Source of the DNA: a virus
Lineage: Duplodnaviria > Caudoviricetes
DNA: 42,322 nucleotides
Strand: one strand, 5' to 3'
IMG/VR virus record: IMGVR_UViG_3300009104_000041
Coordinates: 1-42,322 of that record
The notes beneath the pieces are model-generated. The model had not been told where the DNA came from. It did no database searches and was given only the letters and a program-made list of their open reading frames with translations. The position numbers and the translations under genes were made by a program. Positions 40,725 to 42,322 of the stretch are shown piece by piece. Numbering within the stretch: position 1 is the first letter of the stretch; the number at the start of each line of letters is the position of its first letter.

Positions 40725-42322
40725 ATGGCATTAACAGGTAGTATGTCACAGACATATTCCACTACGGCGACAATAGGCGACCAAGACGGTGAGCACGTTC
40801 ATTCTGTTTATGTTCCGGCACAAACAGTCGGACTTTCAAATCTACCAGATGTAGATTCTACTACCAAAACAGATGGTGCTGCTGTTATATGGGATAATTC
40901 AGATAGTAAGTATAAACCTACAGGAGTTTTATTTACTAATTCAGCATTCGATACTAGACTAGCTACAAAAGATACAGATGATGTATCTGAAGGTTCTACC
41001 AATCTATACTTTACAAATGAACGTGTAGATGATAGAGTTGGTGCTATATTCACATCAGGTGAAGGCCTCGACAGTACTTACAATGATAGTGCTGGTACTC
41101 TAACAGTTTCTGCCGAAATTGCTACTAGTAGTAATAAAGGAGTTGCATCGTTTAGTTCGGATCATTTTGATGTTAGTTCCGGAGCAGTAACAGTAAAGGC
41201 TGATGGTATAGATACTACACTGATAGATTGGGGTACAGGAACAAACCAAGTTAATACAGATGCCATAACACAAGGTTCAACAAATAAATGGTTTACTAAT
41301 GCTTTATTCGATACTAGATTGGCAACTAAAGATACAGACGATGTAGCTGAAGGTTCAACAAACAAATATTATACCGATGAAAGAGTTGATGACCGAGTAG
41401 CTAATTTAATTACAGCCGGCACAGGTATTACTACATCGTATTCAGATGGTGCTGGTCAATTAACAATAAACACATCAGCAGCTACAACAGGCGCTAGAGG
41501 TACAGCATCATTTGCTGCAGCAGACTTTGATGTAAACGCTGGTCATATAACTTTAAAAGCAGGCAGTGTTGCTAATGCTGATTTAGTTAATTCTGCTGTG
41601 ACGATTAATAGTAATTCAGTAGCACTAGGAGCCTCGGCAACTTTAGACACTGATGATATAGGAGAAGGTTCTAGTAATTTATATTATACAGATGCTAGAG
41701 CAAGAGCTGCTATATCAGAAACTTCAACACAATTAGGATATAATAGTAGTACTGGTGTATTAACATTTACACAAGGTGATACAGGTACAGTACCAGAAGG
41801 TGGTAATCTTTACTTTACAAATGCTAGAGCAGACGCAAGAGTTTCAAACGCTCTTGCTGGTGATGTTACTATAGGCGGCAACGCTGCTATTACTGGTAAC
41901 TTGACAGTCAATGGTACAACTACTACAGTAAATTCTACCGTTACAACATTAGATGACCCTATTATAACATTAGGTGGAGATACTGCGCCTAGTTCAGATG
42001 ATAATAAAGATAGAGGTGTAGAATTTAGATGGCATAATGGTTCTGCTGCTAAAGTTGGATTTTTTGGATTTGATGATAGTACAGGAAAATTTACATTTAT
42101 TCCAGATGCTACAAATAATACTGAAGTGTTTAGTGGTACTAAAGGCGATTTAGATATTGGAGAATTAACAGCAACTTCATTAAGTGTTGCTGGTGGAGGA
42201 ATAAACAATGTTGCTGTGGGGGCTACAACACCAGCGACAGGTGCCTTTACAACATTAAATGCTACTGGAGCAACAACATTAGACGGCGCAGTTACACTAG
42301 GAAATGCAACGGGCGACGACAT
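40725..42322 (+). CDS. Long tail-fibre protein, 3'-truncated by the window (missing from the ORF track)
   Basis: AGGAG RBS and ATG at 40725. The parts translated by hand give MALTGSMSQTY..., repeated TDD.(S/A/G)EGS.NLY(F/Y)T..R motifs, GNLTVNGTTTTVNST and DRGVEF.W. Confidence 0.85.
   Translation, partial: MALTGSMSQTYSTTATIGDQDGEHVHSVYVPAQTVGLSNLPDVDSTTKTDGAAVIWDNSDSKYKPTGVLFTNSAFDTRLATKDTDDVSEGSTNLYFTNERVDDRVGAIFTSGEGLDSTYNDSAGTLTVSAEIATSSNKGVASFSSDHFDVSSGAVTVKADGIDTTLIDWGTGTNQVNTDAITQGSTNKWFTNALFDTRLATKDTDDVAEGSTNKYYTDERVDDRVANLITAGTGITTSYSDGAGQLTINTSAATTGARGTASFAAADFDVNAGHITLKAGSVANADLVNSAVTINSNSVALGASATLDTDDIGEGSSNLYYTDARARAAISETSTQLGYNSSTGVLTFTQGDTGTVPEGGNLYFTNARADARVSNALAGDVTIGGNAAITGNLTVNGTTTTVNSTVTTLDDPIITLGGDTAPSSDDNKDRGVEFRWHNGSAAKVGFFGFDDSTGKFTFIPDATNNTEVFSGTKGDLDIGELTATSLSVAGGGINNVAVGATTPATGAFTTLNATGATTLDGAVTLGNATGDD

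Noticed and set aside
1309-42322. Minus-strand ORFs in the track (e.g. 7314-7877, 15180-15689, 20320-20712, 41810-42322)
   Set aside because: They are antisense shadows of well-supported plus-strand genes and show no recognisable motifs.

Overview
A 42.3-kb segment of a T4-like (myovirus-type) dsDNA bacteriophage genome, probably from an aquatic phage with a proteobacterial host. The host is inferred from sigma70-type promoters, IHF-consensus boxes and a glyT-like tRNA. Essentially all real genes are on the + strand. Layout: (1) 1-4022, the end of a tail/baseplate block (60-aa-repeat protein, baseplate-hub-like protein, SNase-like nuclease, MORN-like protein). (2) 4023-6709, an accessory island whose smallest genes are missing from the ORF track: a metallothionein-like peptide, ribosomal protein bL33, two A-type Fe-S carriers, a MoaD/ThiS sulfur carrier and a YdcH-like protein. 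(3) 6760-20400, an early-type region of small hypothetical genes with TTGACA promoters, tRNA-Gly(TCC), a 2OG-Fe(II) oxygenase, a HAD protein and a VWA/peptidase + MoxR AAA pair. (4) 20617-21566, an Asn/Asp-tRNA-synthetase catalytic-core protein followed 6 nt later by a highly non-canonical tRNA (Asn identity elements on a long-variable-arm body, with A33 and U37). This pair is the best candidate for an undescribed system. (5) 21602-42322, baseplate genes (gp5, gp25, gp6, gp7, gp8), a 2182-aa virion protein and tail-fibre genes, with TATAAATA late promoters. All family calls come from reading motifs by eye; no database search was run.
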